In this document: one piece after another, positions 61,730-64,000 of the stretch
Position numbering within the stretch: position 1 is the stretch's first letter
Layout of the letters: each line of letters opens with the position of its first letter
Assembly: GCF_056746865.1 (NCBI RefSeq)
Contig: NZ_CM163382.1
Reading direction: 5' to 3' (one strand)
Length of the DNA: 64,000 nt
Translations under genes and position numbers: made by a program
Notes under the pieces: generated by a model
What the model saw: the letters and a program-made list of their open reading frames with translations, nothing else
Database searches by the model: none
Told to the model about the DNA's origin: nothing

Positions 61730-62785
61730 ATGCGTAAAATCATTCATGTGGATATGGACTGCTTTTTCGCAGCGGTGGAGATGCGCGACAATCCTGCCCT
61801 GCGCGATATCCCTATTGCTATTGGCGGCAGCCGCGAACGTCGGGGGGTGATCAGCACCGCCAATTATCCCGCGCGTAAATTTGGCGTACGTAGCGCTATG
61901 CCGACAGGGATGGCGCTCAAATTTTGCCCACATCTCACGCTGCTTCCAGGGCGCTTTGACGCCTACAAAGAAGCCTCAAATCATATCCGCGAAATTTTCT
62001 CGCGCTATACCTCGCGCATTGAACCGTTATCACTGGATGAAGCCTATCTCGACGTCACCGATAGTGTGCATTGCCACGGTTCTGCGACCCTCATCGCCCA
62101 GGAAATCCGCCAGACAATCTTCAACGAGCTGCAACTGACGGCGTCTGCGGGCGTTGCGCCGGTAAAGTTTCTCGCTAAAATCGCTTCCGACATGAATAAA
62201 CCCAACGGTCAGTTTGTGATTACTCCGGCAGAAGTTCCGGCATTTCTGCAAACCTTACCGCTGGCAAAAATTCCTGGCGTCGGCAAAGTCTCGGCGGCAA
62301 AACTGGAAGCGATGGGGCTGCGGACCTGCGGTGATGTGCAAAAGTGTGATCTGGTGACTCTGCTCAAACGTTTTGGCAAATTTGGCCGCATTTTGTGGGA
62401 GCGTAGTCAGGGGATTGACGAGCGCGACGTTAACAGCGAACGGTTGCGAAAATCCGTCGGCGTGGAACGCACGATGGCGGAAGATATTCATCACTGGTCT
62501 GAATGTGAAGCGATTATCGAGCGGCTGTACCCGGAACTTGAACGCCGTCTGGCAAAGGTAAAACCTGATTTACTGATTGCCCGTCAGGGAGTGAAATTAA
62601 AGTTCGACGATTTCCAGCAAACCACTCAGGAGCACGTCTGGCCACGGCTGAATAAAGCTGATCTAATCGCCACCGCGCGTAAAACCTGGGATGAACGCCG
62701 CGGCGGGCGCGGTGTGCGACTGGTGGGGCTGCATGTGACGTTGCTTGACCCTCAAATGGAAAGACAACTGGTGCTGGGATTATGA
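61730..62785 (+). CDS. dinB: DNA polymerase IV
   Basis: 351-aa [36 protein letters not shown]…, Y-family polymerase. Confidence 0.95.
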   Translation: MRKIIHVDMDCFFAAVEMRDNPALRDIPIAIGGSRERRGVISTANYPARKFGVRSAMPTGMALKFCPHLTLLPGRFDAYKEASNHIREIFSRYTSRIEPLSLDEAYLDVTDSVHCHGSATLIAQEIRQTIFNELQLTASAGVAPVKFLAKIASDMNKPNGQFVITPAEVPAFLQTLPLAKIPGVGKVSAAKLEAMGLRTCGDVQKCDLVTLLKRFGKFGRILWERSQGIDERDVNSERLRKSVGVERTMAEDIHHWSECEAIIERLYPELERRLAKVKPDLLIARQGVKLKFDDFQQTTQEHVWPRLNKADLIATARKTWDERRGGRGVRLVGLHVTLLDPQMERQLVLGL

Positions 62786-62836
62786 TGTATACTATTATGT
62801 CTATTCTGGTGTGCATTATTATGAGGGGATCACTGT

Positions 62837-63130
62837 ATGCATCGAATTCTTGCGGAAAAATCGGTCAATATCACTGAGTTACGTAAAAACCCAGCTAAAT
62901 ACTTTATTGATCAACCAGTTGCGGTTCTTTCTAATAATCGCCCCGCAGGATATCTCTTAAGTGCCAGCGCATTCGAAGCGTTAATGGACATGCTTGCTGA
63001 ACAAGAGGAGAAAAAGCCTATAAAGGCGCGCTTCCGTCCAAGTGCTGCAAGATTAGAGGAAATTACACGCCGAGCTGAAAAATATCTTAATGATATGACG
63101 GATGATGATTTCAATGACTTTAAGGAATAA
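62837..63130 (+). CDS. yafN: YafN antitoxin (Phd/YefM-like)
   Basis: 97-aa ORF downstream of dinB; size and position as K-12 YafN. Confidence 0.85.
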   Translation: MHRILAEKSVNITELRKNPAKYFIDQPVAVLSNNRPAGYLLSASAFEALMDMLAEQEEKKPIKARFRPSAARLEEITRRAEKYLNDMTDDDFNDFKE

Positions 63131-63132
63131 GG

Positions 63133-63531
63133 ATGCGGGTATTCAAAACAAAACTCATTCGCCTGCAACTTACAGCAGAGGAACTTGAAGCGTTAACGGC
63201 GGATTTTATTTCCTATAAGCGTGACGGTGTTTTGCCAGATATATTTGGTCGCGATGCACTCTACGACGACTCGTTTACCTGGCCATTAATCAAATTTGAG
63301 CGAGTTGCTCATATTCATCTGGCAAATTAGAATAATCCATTTCCGCCACAGTTGCGCCAATTCAGCAGAACGAATGACGAAGCGCATTTGGTATATTGTC
63401 AGGGTGCGTTTGATGAGCAAGCATGGTTGCTCATTGCCATTCTGAAACCTGAACCTCATAAACTGGCTCGAGATAACAACCAAATGCATAAAATTGGGAA
63501 AATGGCAGAAGCGTTTCGCATGCGTTTTTGA
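63133..63531 (+). pseudogene. yafO: yafO toxin gene interrupted by an in-frame amber codon
   Basis: 65 codons, then TAG at 63328..63330, then 66 further sense codons in the same frame to TGA at 63529..63531; total 132 codons, the size of K-12 YafO. Confidence 0.75.
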
Positions 63532-63540
63532 ATTTATATT

Positions 63541-63993
63541 ATGAATAACATACATATAAGAAACTATCAGCCTGGCGATTTTCAGCAACTATGCGCTATT
63601 TTCCTTCGAGCGGTTACGATGACTGCCAGTCAGCACTATTCTCCACAGCAAATTGCCGCCTGGGCGCAGATTGACGAATCTCGCTGGAAAGATAAACTCG
63701 CGAAATCACAAGTGCGGGTTGCAGTCATTAATGCACAACCGGTTGGTTTTATTTCCCGCATTGAACATTATATCGATATGTTATTTGTTGACCCTGAATA
63801 CACCCGCCGTGGGGTTGCCAGCGCTTTGTTAAAACCTTTGATTAAGTCTGAATCCGAACTTACGGTGGACGCCAGCATAACCGCAAAGCCCTTTTTTGAA
63901 CGTTATGGTTTTCAGACAGTTAAGCAGCAGTGCGTTGAATGCCGGGGAGCGTGGTTTACTAATTTTTATATGCGATATAAACCGCAACATTAA
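63541..63993 (+). CDS. yafP: GNAT-family N-acetyltransferase YafP
   Basis: 150-aa ORF with GNAT-like core (…RRGVASALL…). Confidence 0.85.
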   Translation: MNNIHIRNYQPGDFQQLCAIFLRAVTMTASQHYSPQQIAAWAQIDESRWKDKLAKSQVRVAVINAQPVGFISRIEHYIDMLFVDPEYTRRGVASALLKPLIKSESELTVDASITAKPFFERYGFQTVKQQCVECRGAWFTNFYMRYKPQH

Positions 63994-64000
63994 ATCCAGC

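Overview
This window reads as an Escherichia coli chromosomal segment matching the K-12 yafV–ivy–fadE–gmhA–yafJ–yafK–yafL–rayT … dinB–yafN–yafO–yafP backbone, with two large accessory blocks. All calls are from reading the sequence and ORF translations; no database search was run. (1) Positions 1–13215 are the tail of a type VI secretion island: a partial divergent tssB, then hcp, vgrG, a DUF4123 adaptor, an unrecognised 523-aa candidate effector and a secreted candidate immunity protein, followed by a cluster of H-repeat (ISAs1-family) elements, one of which is split by a group II intron, plus two AT-rich ORFs of unknown function. (2) Positions 23060–61659 are an apparently intact Flag-2 (lateral flagella) locus, which K-12 retains only as fhiA/mbhA remnants. 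The most interesting content sits inside Flag-2: a TagD-like cytidylyltransferase plus an 823-aa GT2–GT25-like–TagF-like transferase (predicted CDP-glycerol-dependent modification, possibly of flagellin), and a HigB/HigA-like toxin–antitoxin pair with a tandem palindromic operator. Two perfect sigma-54 promoters precede lfgB and lafB. Other points: an IS3-family element inserted in a REP array beside rayT with a 3-bp duplication, dinJ–yafQ missing between yafK and yafL, and yafO interrupted by an in-frame amber codon. No rRNA, tRNA or CRISPR array was found.
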